DNA of 63,936 nucleotides, the filler included, from an uncultured Methanosarcinales archaeon (GTDB lineage Archaea > Nanobdellota > Nanobdellia > Woesearchaeales > CAYXTQ01): assembly GCA_964608065.1 (NCBI GenBank). It is 10 parts of 10 records of this genome, joined end to end, with 100 filler letters (N's around TTAATTAATTAA, not from the genome) between each part and the next. Parts side by side here need not be neighbours in the genome. Positions count along the whole stretch, not along the records: positions 6,862 to 13,617 come from CAZSMA010000079.1; positions 13,718 to 20,435 come from CAZSMA010000080.1; positions 20,536 to 27,249 come from CAZSMA010000081.1; 7 more parts are not named here. One strand, 5' to 3'. Both the position numbers and the translations under genes were made by a program. Shown piece after piece: positions 9,752 through 20,854 of the stretch (positions within the stretch are counted from its first letter, which is position 1; each line of letters opens with the position of its first letter). The notes under the pieces were generated by a model. The model had not been told where the DNA came from, ran no database searches, and saw only the letters and a program-made list of their open reading frames with translations.

Positions 9752-12700
9752 ATGGAAATCAAAAAATATACTGAAGAAATAAACTCGCAATTGAAGAAAG
9801 CCTATAAAATAGCTGTAGAGGCAAGAAAAAAAAAGTATGACCCTGAGCCAGAAGTAGAGATACTTATTGCAAAAAACATGGCAGAAAGAGTAGAAGGACT
9901 GATATCGACAGTTGCGCCACAGATAATTGGTGTAGGAATTGCCAAGAGAATCAAGGAACTGGAAAAAAAATATGGAGTATTGGACTGGAGGATATCATTG
10001 ACTATTGCAGAGGAGGTTGCCAAAGAAAAATTCTGTAAATTTGATAATAAGATAGAAGCAATGGAAGTGGGAATAAGGGTGGGCTTTGCTTACTTGACAT
10101 TAGGTACTGTAGCAAGCCCTCTTGAAGGATTTACAAACATTAAATTAAGGAAAAACAAAAAAGGGGAAGATTATTTTGATATTTTTTATTCTGGCCCTAT
10201 AAGGTCTGCAGGAGGTACTGGGGCCGCAGTTTCAGTTTTAATTGCAGACTATGTTAGGAAAAAAATGGGATATTCAGAATACGACCCCTCAGAAATAGAA
10301 GTTAGAAGGGCAATCACAGAAGTATACGATTATCATGAACGTGTTACAAATTTACAGTATTTACCAAGTGAAGAAGAGATTGCGTTTTTGGTAAAGAATC
10401 TGCCTGTCCAGATAGGTGGAGATCCAAGTGAAAAAATAGAAGTAAGCACCTGTAAAGATTTAGAAAGAGTAGAAACCAATAGGATAAGGAATGGGCCGTG
10501 CCTTGTAGTAGGAGAATGCTTATCACAAAAAGCACCCAAACTTTGGAAACAACTCTCAAAATGGGGAAAATCCTTTGATTTAGAGCATTGGTTCTTCTTA
10601 AAGGATTTTGTACAATTACAAGAAAAAGTCAAGTCCAAAGGGAAATCTAAAGAAGATGAAATAAAGATAAGCCCGGATTATACTTTTATTAAGGATTTGC
10701 CAGCAGGAAGGCCTGTACTTGCTGCGCCTTTAGCTGTGGGGGGTTTTAGGTTGAGGTATGGAAGGTCAAGGACAGGGGGGTTTTCTTCTAGTTCAATACA
10801 CCCTGCTACTATGGTGGTATTAAATAATTTTATTGCTGTAGGCACCCAGTTAAAAACTGAGAGGCCCGGTAAATCAACAGCCTTAACAGTTTGTGATAGT
10901 ATTGAGGGGCCAATTGTTAAGCTTAATGATGGCTCTGTTATGAAACTACAATCAGCGAAACACGCAAAACAGGTTGTCAAAGACATAAAAGAGATATTAT
11001 TTTTAGGAGATATATTGACAAATTATGGAGATTTTTTTAATAGGGCACATATTTTAGCTCCAGCAGGTTATTGTGTAGAGTGGTGGATACAAGATCTAGA
11101 AAAAAAAACAGTTGATATGTTTGGGACCTTAGATTTAGATAAACTCTCAGAGATGGTAGAGATTCCTAAAACATCATTGGAAATCTTACTGAAACAATAT
11201 TTAACAACAAAAATAACAGCATCAGCAGCAATATCCCTCAAAAAAAAAATGGATGTGCCATTACATCCAGAATATACTTATTATTGGAAAACAATTTCAA
11301 TGGAACAGTTTGTGTTATTAGTGAACTGGTTGAATAAATCAAATATAGTTACACAAGATAATGAAATAGAGAAAGTAATATTACCTTTGGAAGAAGGGCC
11401 AAAAAGGGTTTTAGAAGTATTAGGAGTCCCACATACAGTTACAGGTAATGAATTTGTTGTTATTGAAAAAGATACTGCTGCTGCTTTTTGTTTTTCTTTA
11501 GGTATTTCTGATAAAATCGATGGAAAAAAAATAGAGCAGACTATCAAGGAGAATAAAGGTAAAGATGTTTTAGAAATAATAAATTTGATTTCTGATGTGA
11601 AAATTATGGATAAAGCAGGTACTTTCATAGGGGCTAGGATGGGAAGGCCAGAAAAAGCAAAGGTAAGACAGCTTACTGGCAGTCCGCATGTTTTATTTCC
11701 TGTTGGAGAGGAAGGCGGAAGATTAAGAAGTTTCCAAGCAGCACTGGAAGAAGGAATTATAAGGGCAGAATTTCCGATTTATCATTGCCTTAAATGCAAT
11801 AAAGAGACTGTGTTGAGTGTATGCCCTAAATGCGATAAGAGTACTAAGAGGATGTATCATTGTAAATTTTGCGGAGATATTCCAAAAGAGGTATGCGAAA
11901 AACACGGAAAAGCAGAGACTTTTAAAAAACAAAGCATCAATATAAATGAATATTTTGATCTTATATTAAAAAAACTTAAAACAAAAACATACCCTGATTT
12001 AATTAAAGGTGTAAGAGGGACGTCAAATAAAAATCATGTTCCAGAACATCTAATAAAAGGGATATTGAGGGCGAAGAATGGTATATATGTAAACAAAGAT
12101 GGCACAACAAGGTATGATATGACCCAATTAGGAATAACCCATTTTAAAGCAAAAGAAACCGGAACAAGCATAGAAGAGTTAAAAAAGCTTGGTTATGAAA
12201 AAGATATAGAAGGCAAGGAACTAATAGGGGATGACCAGGTTCTAGAGCTTTTACCACAAGATGTGATTTTACCTGCATGTCAAGAAAGTCCAGATGAAGG
12301 TGCAGATAAAGTTTTGTATAAAGTAGCAAAATTTGTAGATGATTTATTAGTTAATCTTTATGGCCTAGAACCTTTTTATAAACTAAAATCAGAAAGAGAG
12401 TTAGTTGGACACCTTATACTTGGTTTAGCACCACATACATCTGCAGCAATTATGGGGAGAATAATAGGTTTTTCAAGGGTACAGGGTTATTATGCACACC
12501 CTTTGTTCCATGCAGCACATAGGAGGGATTTAGATGGAGATGAAAGCTGCGTAATATTATTAATGGATGCGTTATTGAATTTTTCAAAACACTATTTACC
12601 TGCCCATAGGGGGTCTACCCAAGATGCACCTTTGGTTTTAACTTCTACATTAGTTCCATCAGAAGTTGATGATATGGTGTTTGATATTGATATAGCATGG

Positions 12701-13279
12701 AAATATCCTCTTGAGTTTTATTATGCGTGTATGCAATTCAAAAATCCTTGGGAAGTTAAGATAGAGCAGATTGCATCAAGGCTTGGAACAGAAAAAGAAA
12801 GCGTTGATTTCGGTTATACGCATGAAGTTTCTAATATAAACAACGGTGTAAAATGTTCTGCTTACAAGCTGATACCATCTATGGAAGGAAAATTAAAAGG
12901 GCAGATGGAACTAGCAGAAAAAATAAGGGCAGTTGATGAAAGAGATGTTGCAAGATTGGTAATAGAAAAACATTTTTTAAAAGATATAAAAGGGAATTTA
13001 AGGAAATTTTCAATGCAACAAGTCAGGTGTGTTAAATGTAATGCGAAATACAGGAGAGTACCTTTAATAGGAAAGTGCAGTAAATGCGGGGGCAGAATCA
13101 TATTCACTATTTCAGAAGGATCTATAATAAAATATTTAGAGCCGTCTATCAGCATGGCTGATAAATACGATGTTCCTGTTTATGTCAAACAGAATCTGGA
13201 ATTAGCTAAGAGGAGAATAGAAGGCGTTTTTGGTAAAGCAAAGGAAAAACAGGAAGGTTTGGGTAAATGGTTTGGTTAA
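9752..13279 (+). CDS. polC: DNA polymerase D large subunit DP2 (no intein)
   Basis: GPIRSAGGT, GGFRLRYGRSR, RMGRPEKAK, RRDLDGDE catalytic region, C-terminal Zn finger. Confidence 0.97.
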   Translation: MEIKKYTEEINSQLKKAYKIAVEARKKKYDPEPEVEILIAKNMAERVEGLISTVAPQIIGVGIAKRIKELEKKYGVLDWRISLTIAEEVAKEKFCKFDNKIEAMEVGIRVGFAYLTLGTVASPLEGFTNIKLRKNKKGEDYFDIFYSGPIRSAGGTGAAVSVLIADYVRKKMGYSEYDPSEIEVRRAITEVYDYHERVTNLQYLPSEEEIAFLVKNLPVQIGGDPSEKIEVSTCKDLERVETNRIRNGPCLVVGECLSQKAPKLWKQLSKWGKSFDLEHWFFLKDFVQLQEKVKSKGKSKEDEIKISPDYTFIKDLPAGRPVLAAPLAVGGFRLRYGRSRTGGFSSSSIHPATMVVLNNFIAVGTQLKTERPGKSTALTVCDSIEGPIVKLNDGSVMKLQSAKHAKQVVKDIKEILFLGDILTNYGDFFNRAHILAPAGYCVEWWIQDLEKKTVDMFGTLDLDKLSEMVEIPKTSLEILLKQYLTTKITASAAISLKKKMDVPLHPEYTYYWKTISMEQFVLLVNWLNKSNIVTQDNEIEKVILPLEEGPKRVLEVLGVPHTVTGNEFVVIEKDTAAAFCFSLGISDKIDGKKIEQTIKENKGKDVLEIINLISDVKIMDKAGTFIGARMGRPEKAKVRQLTGSPHVLFPVGEEGGRLRSFQAALEEGIIRAEFPIYHCLKCNKETVLSVCPKCDKSTKRMYHCKFCGDIPKEVCEKHGKAETFKKQSININEYFDLILKKLKTKTYPDLIKGVRGTSNKNHVPEHLIKGILRAKNGIYVNKDGTTRYDMTQLGITHFKAKETGTSIEELKKLGYEKDIEGKELIGDDQVLELLPQDVILPACQESPDEGADKVLYKVAKFVDDLLVNLYGLEPFYKLKSERELVGHLILGLAPHTSAAIMGRIIGFSRVQGYYAHPLFHAAHRRDLDGDESCVILLMDALLNFSKHYLPAHRGSTQDAPLVLTSTLVPSEVDDMVFDIDIAWKYPLEFYYACMQFKNPWEVKIEQIASRLGTEKESVDFGYTHEVSNINNGVKCSAYKLIPSMEGKLKGQMELAEKIRAVDERDVARLVIEKHFLKDIKGNLRKFSMQQVRCVKCNAKYRRVPLIGKCSKCGGRIIFTISEGSIIKYLEPSISMADKYDVPVYVKQNLELAKRRIEGVFGKAKEKQEGLGKWFG

Positions 13280-13575
13280 AGTAAGGCTTCTGCGTGAGGG
13301 ATATTTTTTATTTTGATGATATGTTTTTTACCTATGATTTTTGCTTTTAGAGCAAGGTTAATAGATTTTTCTCCAACTAAATTAATTATAGGGGATATTT
13401 TGAATAATTCTAATACCTCTTGTTCGTTTTTTTCTTCACCTTTGTAGAAGTTGGATGTTAAATCTAGCTGTAAATCATTTTCTTCAAATTTTTTACCTAG
13501 TAAATCTGAATCACAAACTGCAAGAATGTTTCTTCCATCGTTTGTTCTATGTATTTTTACAATCATTACATTCAA
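13276..13575 (-). CDS. DUF424 family protein
   Basis: ILAVCDSDLLGKKF...FYKGE...NLVG pattern. Confidence 0.85.
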   Translation of the reverse strand: MNVMIVKIHRTNDGRNILAVCDSDLLGKKFEENDLQLDLTSNFYKGEEKNEQEVLELFKISPIINLVGEKSINLALKAKIIGKKHIIKIKNIPHAEALL

Positions 13576-13717
13576 AGGATACCTTGCACTTTAGTGCAAT
13601 GGTAACCTATTCCTCCANNNNNNNNNNNNNNNNNNNNNNNNNNNNNNNNNNNNNNNNNNNNTTAATTAATTAANNNNNNNNNNNNNNNNNNNNNNNNNNN
13701 NNNNNNNNNNNNNNNNN

Positions 13718-14036
13718 TAAAAGATGCTGAAAACAAAGTTTGGGTTTGAAATATTATATCATAGTCTTGAGTTTTAAGTTTTTTTTCGCAATACTTAGTC
13801 ATTGCTTTAAACGCAAAAGGTATTCTTGTGTAGTTAAGTTTCCATTTCTTTCCGTATAAGTATAATGTTGTCGTAAAGTTCACTATAAGATTATATAATG
13901 AAATCAGATTGATTTTTTTGAGATTTATTGCATCATGCGCATCTATAATATCAAGATTGTGTAATTTAGAAAATTGTTCGATCAAGTTTTCATTTACTTT
14001 TGAAAAATTGCCTATTTTTAAAAATAAGATTTTCAT
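13718..14036 (-). CDS. Probable glycosyltransferase, N-terminal part (truncated by contig end)
   Basis: MKILFL start, YDIIFQTQ; context in glycosylation cluster. Confidence 0.5.
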
Positions 14037-14049
14037 TATTTTCACTATC

Positions 14050-15087
14050 TTAAACCATTGCTTTATTTTTCTTACAGATATCACATACTGTAGGTTTAAA
14101 TCCTTTATTTCTTGCGACAGATTTCCTTGCTGAACGGAAGTTATCATTATTCCATACGGCTTTTACACCTTTATCAAAAACATTTCCGAAATCATATTTA
14201 TAATCATAGTATAATTCACATGTGGAAACAGAACCATTCCAGTTGATAACAAGAGATCTCCAAATCCAAGAACAATTATTCTTAAAAATAATTTTCTTTC
14301 TCTTTTCTTTATAGTTATATAGAGAATATTCTTCATTTTTAGGAAGATAGGGTTTAACTTTATTAAATTGGGTAAGATTATCATTAAATACTTCCCTTCC
14401 ACAATCCCATCTGAGATGTGCAAATTCTATATCATCAATTCCAAATTCTTTTGCCAGTTGTTTTGCTTTAGGGATTTCATGTTCATTATGTTTCATAACA
14501 ATGAACCTCCACTGTAAATATGGAAGCTTTGAATTTGCTTCTTTCTTTTTTCTCACCATCATTTTTATGTTCTTAACAACTTTGTCAAAGTTAGTTCCTT
14601 TCTGATAAGTATGTGCTGTTTTTTGTGAAGCACCATCTAAAGAAATAATTAATGTGTCTAATTTTGAATTGATGACTTTATCTGCTATTTCTTCTGTAAA
14701 CTGGTTAAAATTAGAACTTACAGTAGTCTTTATATCTTTAGAACTTGTATAACCTATCATCTTAAAAATATCCTTGTTTAGAAAAGGTTCTCCCCAGTTA
14801 AACAGCCCTACAAAATAAAGATAATCTTCAAGTTCGTCAATTATTTTCTTATAATTTTCAAAAGACATTTGTCCCTTAGGATAATCAGGACTGTTATTAG
14901 AGGGGCAAGCTTCGCATTTAAGGTTGCAAATATTACATGGATCTATTTGAATCTTATAAGGATAACCCAAAACATAAGAATTTTTTAAAAATGTATGTTG
15001 GAATATTATCAATAACTTATTAAATTTCTTTTTATTATAAGGAGGCAATAGAATTTCCTTAATATAGGCTAATTTTCTTTTGTCCAT
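14050..15087 (-). CDS. Radical SAM/SPASM protein
   Basis: CNLKCEAC, NWGEPFL, C-terminal SPASM Cys pattern; GGAGGA RBS supports start at 15087, not 15429. Confidence 0.9.
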   Translation of the reverse strand: MDKRKLAYIKEILLPPYNKKKFNKLLIIFQHTFLKNSYVLGYPYKIQIDPCNICNLKCEACPSNNSPDYPKGQMSFENYKKIIDELEDYLYFVGLFNWGEPFLNKDIFKMIGYTSSKDIKTTVSSNFNQFTEEIADKVINSKLDTLIISLDGASQKTAHTYQKGTNFDKVVKNIKMMVRKKKEANSKLPYLQWRFIVMKHNEHEIPKAKQLAKEFGIDDIEFAHLRWDCGREVFNDNLTQFNKVKPYLPKNEEYSLYNYKEKRKKIIFKNNCSWIWRSLVINWNGSVSTCELYYDYKYDFGNVFDKGVKAVWNNDNFRSARKSVARNKGFKPTVCDICKKNKAMV

Positions 15088-15132
15088 AATCATATCCTCC
15101 TGATTTATATATTTAAATCTTTCTACATCTTT

Positions 15133-16075
15133 GGCTCTGTAGAAAGTTATAATTAGGTTGGACATCACTTGTTTTAGTAGGAAACCAAAACGGGGTGATG
15201 TCCAGTGGTTAATAAGGTTTTGAGTTATAATAAGCTTGTGGTTAGGACTCGTAGGCTTGTTAAGTGTGCTAAAGTTCCTGTGCATTGGAGTAAGACTTGT
15301 AATGAGAAGTTTGATGTGCATACTGTTTGTGTTCTTTTTGTGCTTTTTCAGATAGAGCAGAAGGATTACCGGTTGTTTTCTGGTTGGCTTAGTATAACAA
15401 CTGCTCTTGGTTTGCCTAGTGTGCCTCATTTCACAACTTTGCAGAAAGCATTTGCACGCTTACCTCCGAGACTTATCCGTAAGCTAATGCAACTAGCAGG
15501 TAAATGTCAGGATAGGATAGTCAGTCTTGACCCAACATATTTCCAGCTCACAAACCCTAGTAAAGGTTATTGTAAGAGAATCGGTAGAGATCCACGAAGA
15601 GATAAGCTCAGAAAAGCAACAGTAGTAGTAAGCACAAATAAGAAAAAAGTATTAGACGTATTCGTTAAAGCTAAAGAAAGGCATGGCATGAAAGACGTGC
15701 CAGAAATAGCAAAAAGCGGGTGCTTCAAGGGAAGAACAGTACTTGCTGATAAGGAATTTGATGCAGAAAAGTTCCACCAAATAGTAGAAGATTCAGGAGG
15801 CAAAAAAAGCATAGTGCCAACCAAATATCCAAACGTACCAATCCACAGAACAAAAGGAAAACATAGAAAAGAACTAAAAAGAAAAGGCATACCTAAAATG
15901 TACACTAAACGATCAGCATCAGAAAGCAACAACAGCGCAATCAAAAGAAGATTCTCACCAGTCCTACAAGGCAAAAACTTCTGGCAACAAGCCAGAAACT
16001 TATACGGCAAATATTTAGCCTACAACTTAACAATCGATTCTTTTTATTTGACAATCAGAAACTTTCTACAGAGCC
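15133..16075 (+). mobile_element. IS5-family insertion sequence (IS903-like ends), 943 bp
   Basis: 16-bp TIR GGCTCTGTAGAAAGTT/AACTTTCTACAGAGCC; 9-bp TSD TACATCTTT (15124-15132, 16076-16084). Confidence 0.9.
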
Positions 16076-16086
16076 TACATCTTTAG
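15205..16086 (+). CDS. DDE transposase (IS5/IS4 type)
   Basis: SLDPT, LADKEFD, YTKRSASE...K (YREK) motifs. Confidence 0.9.
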   Translation: MVNKVLSYNKLVVRTRRLVKCAKVPVHWSKTCNEKFDVHTVCVLFVLFQIEQKDYRLFSGWLSITTALGLPSVPHFTTLQKAFARLPPRLIRKLMQLAGKCQDRIVSLDPTYFQLTNPSKGYCKRIGRDPRRDKLRKATVVVSTNKKKVLDVFVKAKERHGMKDVPEIAKSGCFKGRTVLADKEFDAEKFHQIVEDSGGKKSIVPTKYPNVPIHRTKGKHRKELKRKGIPKMYTKRSASESNNSAIKRRFSPVLQGKNFWQQARNLYGKYLAYNLTIDSFYLTIRNFLQSLHL

Positions 16087-16151
16087 ATTTATATAACAAA
16101 TCAAGCTAAAAAAGATAATTTTATAAGGCTATAACAAGGATTATTAATTAT

Positions 16152-17267
16152 ATGGGAAAAATTACTAAAAAACAGGATATAAACATATTATTTATAGCCC
16201 ACGGAGGAGCACATCCTAAAATATTCAGCATATTACATAATAATTTTCACACAACTTCCTTAATGCAAAAAAAGTTTAAGCATAAATTTGGGCACCATTT
16301 CAAAAGAACCGGAAAAATAGATATCATTTTTCCAAAGTCTCTATTAGATCTTTTCTTCAAAACTAGAAAAAACATGAAAAAAAAGGATTTCATAGTTGCT
16401 AATTGTCCAATTTCTGGGACTATTAGTTATTTAACATGCCTTTTCAGCAATAAAAAAAGAGTTTTTCTAATGTGCCAGGATTATTATGAATATTTTAGTG
16501 TAGCACCAAATTCCAACTTTAAAAAATGGTGGAATGGCAAGCTCCTTAAGCTTATGGTTAGACTTTCATGTAGAAAAGCTTTAGTTATTACATTAAGCAA
16601 CCACATAAAGAATAGTGCAATCAATAAATATGGTGCAAAGAATGTTGAAATTATCCCAGTATACGGTGTTGATATGGATATATTCAAACCTAAAAAGACC
16701 AATATTGATTTTAAAACTAATAAAAAAATAGTTTTAGCTACAGCAAGAGCACAAGCTCCAGAAAAAGGTGTGGATTGTCTGATAAAAGCTATATCTTCAA
16801 TAAAAGATGTTATGTTAATACGTACATGTGATCCTACACTAGATAAAAAACTTAACAAACTTGCTAAAGATTTAGGTATGAAAGACAGATTTAAAGTCGT
16901 TGGAGACCAAGATACAATTAGGATTGCAGACTATTATAATGCGTGTGATATTTTTGTATTGCCTAGCCTAAAAGAAGGATTAGGTTTCTCTAGTGCAGAA
17001 GCAATGGCTTGTAAAAAACCAGTTATCGCATCAAACACTGGAGGAATACCTGATATAGTGATACATAACGAAACTGGTCTGCTTGTTGAACCGGGAAATG
17101 TTGTTGAATTGAAAGAGGCTATAGAAAAAATTTTATCCTCCAAAAAGCTCCGTGACAGGTTAATTGAAAATGGTTATCGGCACGTAAAAAAGAACTATCA
17201 AGAAAAAGATGTTGTTGCAAAATTTATTGATACATTAATTAGGATTAAAAATAAAAAATCTTCTTGA
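16152..17267 (+). CDS. Glycosyltransferase family 4
   Basis: DIFVLPSLKEGLGFSSAEAMACKKPVIAS. Confidence 0.92.
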   Translation: MGKITKKQDINILFIAHGGAHPKIFSILHNNFHTTSLMQKKFKHKFGHHFKRTGKIDIIFPKSLLDLFFKTRKNMKKKDFIVANCPISGTISYLTCLFSNKKRVFLMCQDYYEYFSVAPNSNFKKWWNGKLLKLMVRLSCRKALVITLSNHIKNSAINKYGAKNVEIIPVYGVDMDIFKPKKTNIDFKTNKKIVLATARAQAPEKGVDCLIKAISSIKDVMLIRTCDPTLDKKLNKLAKDLGMKDRFKVVGDQDTIRIADYYNACDIFVLPSLKEGLGFSSAEAMACKKPVIASNTGGIPDIVIHNETGLLVEPGNVVELKEAIEKILSSKKLRDRLIENGYRHVKKNYQEKDVVAKFIDTLIRIKNKKSS

Positions 17268-17270
17268 GTA

Positions 17271-18682
17271 TCATTTATTGATGTGTTTATTTCTAAGAAC
17301 TTGGATTATTCTCGAAGGAGATTTTAAAATCTTCTGAAGAACAACAAAAGGGTGTTCTATAAGATTTCTTCTAAATGCCCTCCATCTAAAATAATCTAAT
17401 TTTTTCCTTCCTTCCCAAAATATTTTTTTGAATTCTTCTACATCAATGCGCTCATCAAGTAAAAGAGGGTTGTTGATTTGTTGGAGTGATAATAATTCCC
17501 AAGCCATATCATCACTTACTTTATTCCTTTGTTTTGCAATCTCCCACATTTCTGTTGCTGGATAAGGAGTCATAACAAATGTAGTAAGTTTGTGAACATC
17601 ATGTTCAATACAAAAATCAATAAACTTTAGTGTTTCCTCCATATCTTCTATAGTTTCTGTAGGTGTACCGAATATTAAACTTCCTGAAACTTTGAGCCCA
17701 TGTTTTTGGCAGGTGATTATAGCTTTTTTATTCGCTGCAACAGTTACGCTTCCTTTTTTGATGTATTTTAATATTCTTTCACTTCCACTCTCAAAACCAA
17801 AACCTACAAGGTTAACTCCTAATTTTTTAACTAATGCGCATCGTTCATCGTCAACAATGTTTGCTCTTAATTGGCAACTTAATTTTACTTTTTTTGTAAA
17901 ACCTTCTTTTTCGAATCTTTTGCATAATTGTTTTAATCTTTCTTTATTGATCGCAAAGGTATCATCGATTACATCAATATAATTTACTTTGTATTTAATT
18001 ATTAGTTCTCTTACTTCTTCTATGATGTGATCCACTGAATGAAATCTTACTGTGTTCCAGAACCTGCAAGTCGAACAGAAAACACATCTATAAGGGCATC
18101 CTCTTGCTGTGAAGATTCTTCCCAATACTCCATATCCACTATTATCTGGGACAATCCTTTTTTCAAAATATCTTTTGTTGATATATTTTCTATCAGGATA
18201 AGGAATACTATCCAAATCTTTAATTAGAGGTCTTTTTTCATTAATCTTAAGTTTTTTATCTTTAAAGTATATTAGATTTTTAATATGGCTAACGTTAGAA
18301 AAGTTTTTTTCTTTTTCATAGTATTTCATAAGTTCTAGTATTGTTTCTTCTGCTTCACCTATCACACCTATATCAAAACAGGGTTTCATAGAATGAGGTA
18401 ATGTTGAGATATGTGTCCCCCCTATGATTATCGGAACATCCATATCTTTTTTTATTTGTTCTGCAGCCTTATGGCATCACCATACTCTATTGTTTTTGCT
18501 GATATCCCTATGATATCTGGTTTTATTTCGTTTATTCTTTCATGGATATCATCATATGTAGCATCAATTATTATGGTGTCTTTAAACCCTATATATTTTT
18601 CTAAATATGTGGCAAGATAGGCTAAACCCAAAGGAGGTGTATAACCATCATACTTTCCCACACTCAATAATGCTAGTTTCAT
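17271..18682 (-). pseudogene. B12-binding radical SAM protein, split by a 1-nt frameshift near 18465
   Basis: PPLGLAYLA B12 N-terminus (18452-18682) and GGTH...RGCPYRCVFC (17271-18443) lie in different frames; could be an assembly error. Confidence 0.8.
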
Positions 18683-18739
18683 TTTTTTTTGTTTAAATAT
18701 AATTTAAAGACAGTTTATATAATCTGTCAATTCTATATG

Positions 18740-20305
18740 TTACTTCTTAACAAACCTATATATGAATTTATTAATTCCCTCAGGCATCATTACAAATTTT
18801 CTCTGGAATTTCAAGAAGATATCATACTCATATAAGTCTATGGTTCTCAAAATCAATAACATAAACAGATTAATTATGAACATAAGACCTGCTAAGAACA
18901 GCAAGATAATTATGTTTGATGGACATATTAATGGGCTTATTAACCATTTGATAACAAACAAAGACACTATGCCTGAAAATATTATTTTTAAAATGGATAG
19001 TTCGAAAGGGAATATTCTTGTAAATGCGTACACCTCTACCATCCTAAGGAGTGCAAAAATAACAAATGAGATAGTAGTGCCTAATGCAGCACCCAAGATT
19101 CCAAACTTAGGGATGAAAATATAATTCAAAATTATATTAAGAGCTGCAACAAATAGTGTATTAAAAAGTATAAGTTTTGTTTTTTTAGAAGCCAATAACA
19201 TACTCTCGAATACCTCTGAAAGTAAAAATGTGAAGAAAGCAACAGAGAGCACTATGAAAGCAAGATAACCTTCTACATATTGACTTCCAAAAAGAGATGA
19301 CAAGATATTTGAAGAGAAAAACAAAAAGAACAATAATATAATGAAATTAAAAGCAAATACCCATTTGAACATTTTCTTAAGAAGATAAGCTATAGATTTA
19401 TTATCTTTTTTTGTGTAAAGTCCTGTCAATATAGGAAGTGCAAGAGTCAATAAGGCGTTAGGAAAGATAACAAGCAACTGTGCTGTGGGCTGTGCTGCAT
19501 TATAAATCCCTATATCATAAGCTTCTTTAAAATAACCTATCATAAATGTATCGGTCCAGCTTATGAAAAATGCGATTGTAGACGCCAACAGCAAAGGAAT
19601 TGCATAAAATAACATCTCCTTCCTTGGATATATCGCTGGGATATTTGATTTTATAATCCTATAAATTTCCAATTTTTTGAAGTATATTGCCGCAACTACA
19701 AAACTTACAAATATTGCAAGCCCATAAGCAAAAGTAGCTCCAATCAAACCATACCCTAAGAATATCAATATAACAAGTAGGATGAATTTTGATATATTTT
19801 CTGCAATATTCTTTGCAATCATAACATTCTTAACTTTCTTAAAACCGAGCATTGTGCTTATGAAACTAGATCTTAATATATCAAAAGGAATAACAAAAGC
19901 AAATATCTTCAACAGCAAGCTTAACCTTATGTCATCAAAAAAAGTAAGGGATATCCAATCTGAAAGGATGAAAAGAAAAAATCCTACAATCAGACTGAGC
20001 GTTAATGTAAATTTAAAAGAGAAAAGGAAAGCTCCTTTTAATCTTTTGTTGTCTGCTTTTTCGTGAAAGTAAGAAACATACCTTATTATGCATGCGGTGA
20101 ATCCAAATAGTGCTATAAACGCTGAAAAGCTAAAGATAACTAGAGCAAGAGATAAAAGCCCATATTGTTCAGGACCGATTCTTGCAACAATAAGTCTTGA
20201 TGCATAGCTAAGGATTTTTGATATAAATAAACCTGCAAAGGCTAGTCCTCCACCTCTTGTTAAAATTGTCAGAGATTTTTCTATATTTAAGTTTGATTTA
20301 GACAT
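18740..20305 (-). CDS. Oligosaccharide flippase (Wzx/MOP family)
   Basis: Many TM helices; IGPEQYG, DTFMIGYF..IGIY, IPKFGILGAA. Confidence 0.9.
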   Translation of the reverse strand: MSKSNLNIEKSLTILTRGGGLAFAGLFISKILSYASRLIVARIGPEQYGLLSLALVIFSFSAFIALFGFTACIIRYVSYFHEKADNKRLKGAFLFSFKFTLTLSLIVGFFLFILSDWISLTFFDDIRLSLLLKIFAFVIPFDILRSSFISTMLGFKKVKNVMIAKNIAENISKFILLVILIFLGYGLIGATFAYGLAIFVSFVVAAIYFKKLEIYRIIKSNIPAIYPRKEMLFYAIPLLLASTIAFFISWTDTFMIGYFKEAYDIGIYNAAQPTAQLLVIFPNALLTLALPILTGLYTKKDNKSIAYLLKKMFKWVFAFNFIILLFFLFFSSNILSSLFGSQYVEGYLAFIVLSVAFFTFLLSEVFESMLLASKKTKLILFNTLFVAALNIILNYIFIPKFGILGAALGTTISFVIFALLRMVEVYAFTRIFPFELSILKIIFSGIVSLFVIKWLISPLICPSNIIILLFLAGLMFIINLFMLLILRTIDLYEYDIFLKFQRKFVMMPEGINKFIYRFVKK

Positions 20306-20535
20306 GAAAATTTAAGAATTAGCAACGTATAAAAATCTTTTGAAACAAAACTTTTAAATATCGTTATTCTTTCAATTAAGAAAATGAGTAAGCATATTGT
20401 TTTGTATAATTCTGCCCAGTCAGGAAGTGAAAAGANNNNNNNNNNNNNNNNNNNNNNNNNNNNNNNNNNNNNNNNNNNNTTAATTAATTAANNNNNNNNN
20501 NNNNNNNNNNNNNNNNNNNNNNNNNNNNNNNNNNN

Positions 20536-20854
20536 GCTATCTGAACAAATGAGAAAAGAGGTGTTTACTTCAGCTGGATTGCTTTTCTTTAGACAAAATA
20601 ATTATCGGGATGCTATAAGTTGTTTACAAATAGCTGGAAATAAAGAAGTTCTTTGTGAACTAGGTGATGAGTTGATGGAAATTAATAGGTTTAGAGAAGC
20701 GGCATTAGCCTATATCCCAACAAAAGACAAGAAAAGGTTAGATAAAGTAGCTGCTATCTGTGCAAAAGAAGGGGAATATAAATTAGCTTTAGAAGCTTAT
20801 AAGGCCTCAGGAAACATAGAAATGGCTTCTTTTATTAATAAGAATCTTTACTAA
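20536..20854 (+). CDS. TPR-like protein, C-terminal part
   Basis: Ala/Tyr-rich helical repeats; at contig start. Confidence 0.55.

Noticed and set aside
9802..13155. Short antisense ORFs within PolD and other long genes
   Set aside because: Shadow frames without motifs or start signals
15088..15429. N-terminal extension of the radical SAM ORF in the track
   Set aside because: Reads into the antisense strand of the IS; the RBS supports a start at 15087
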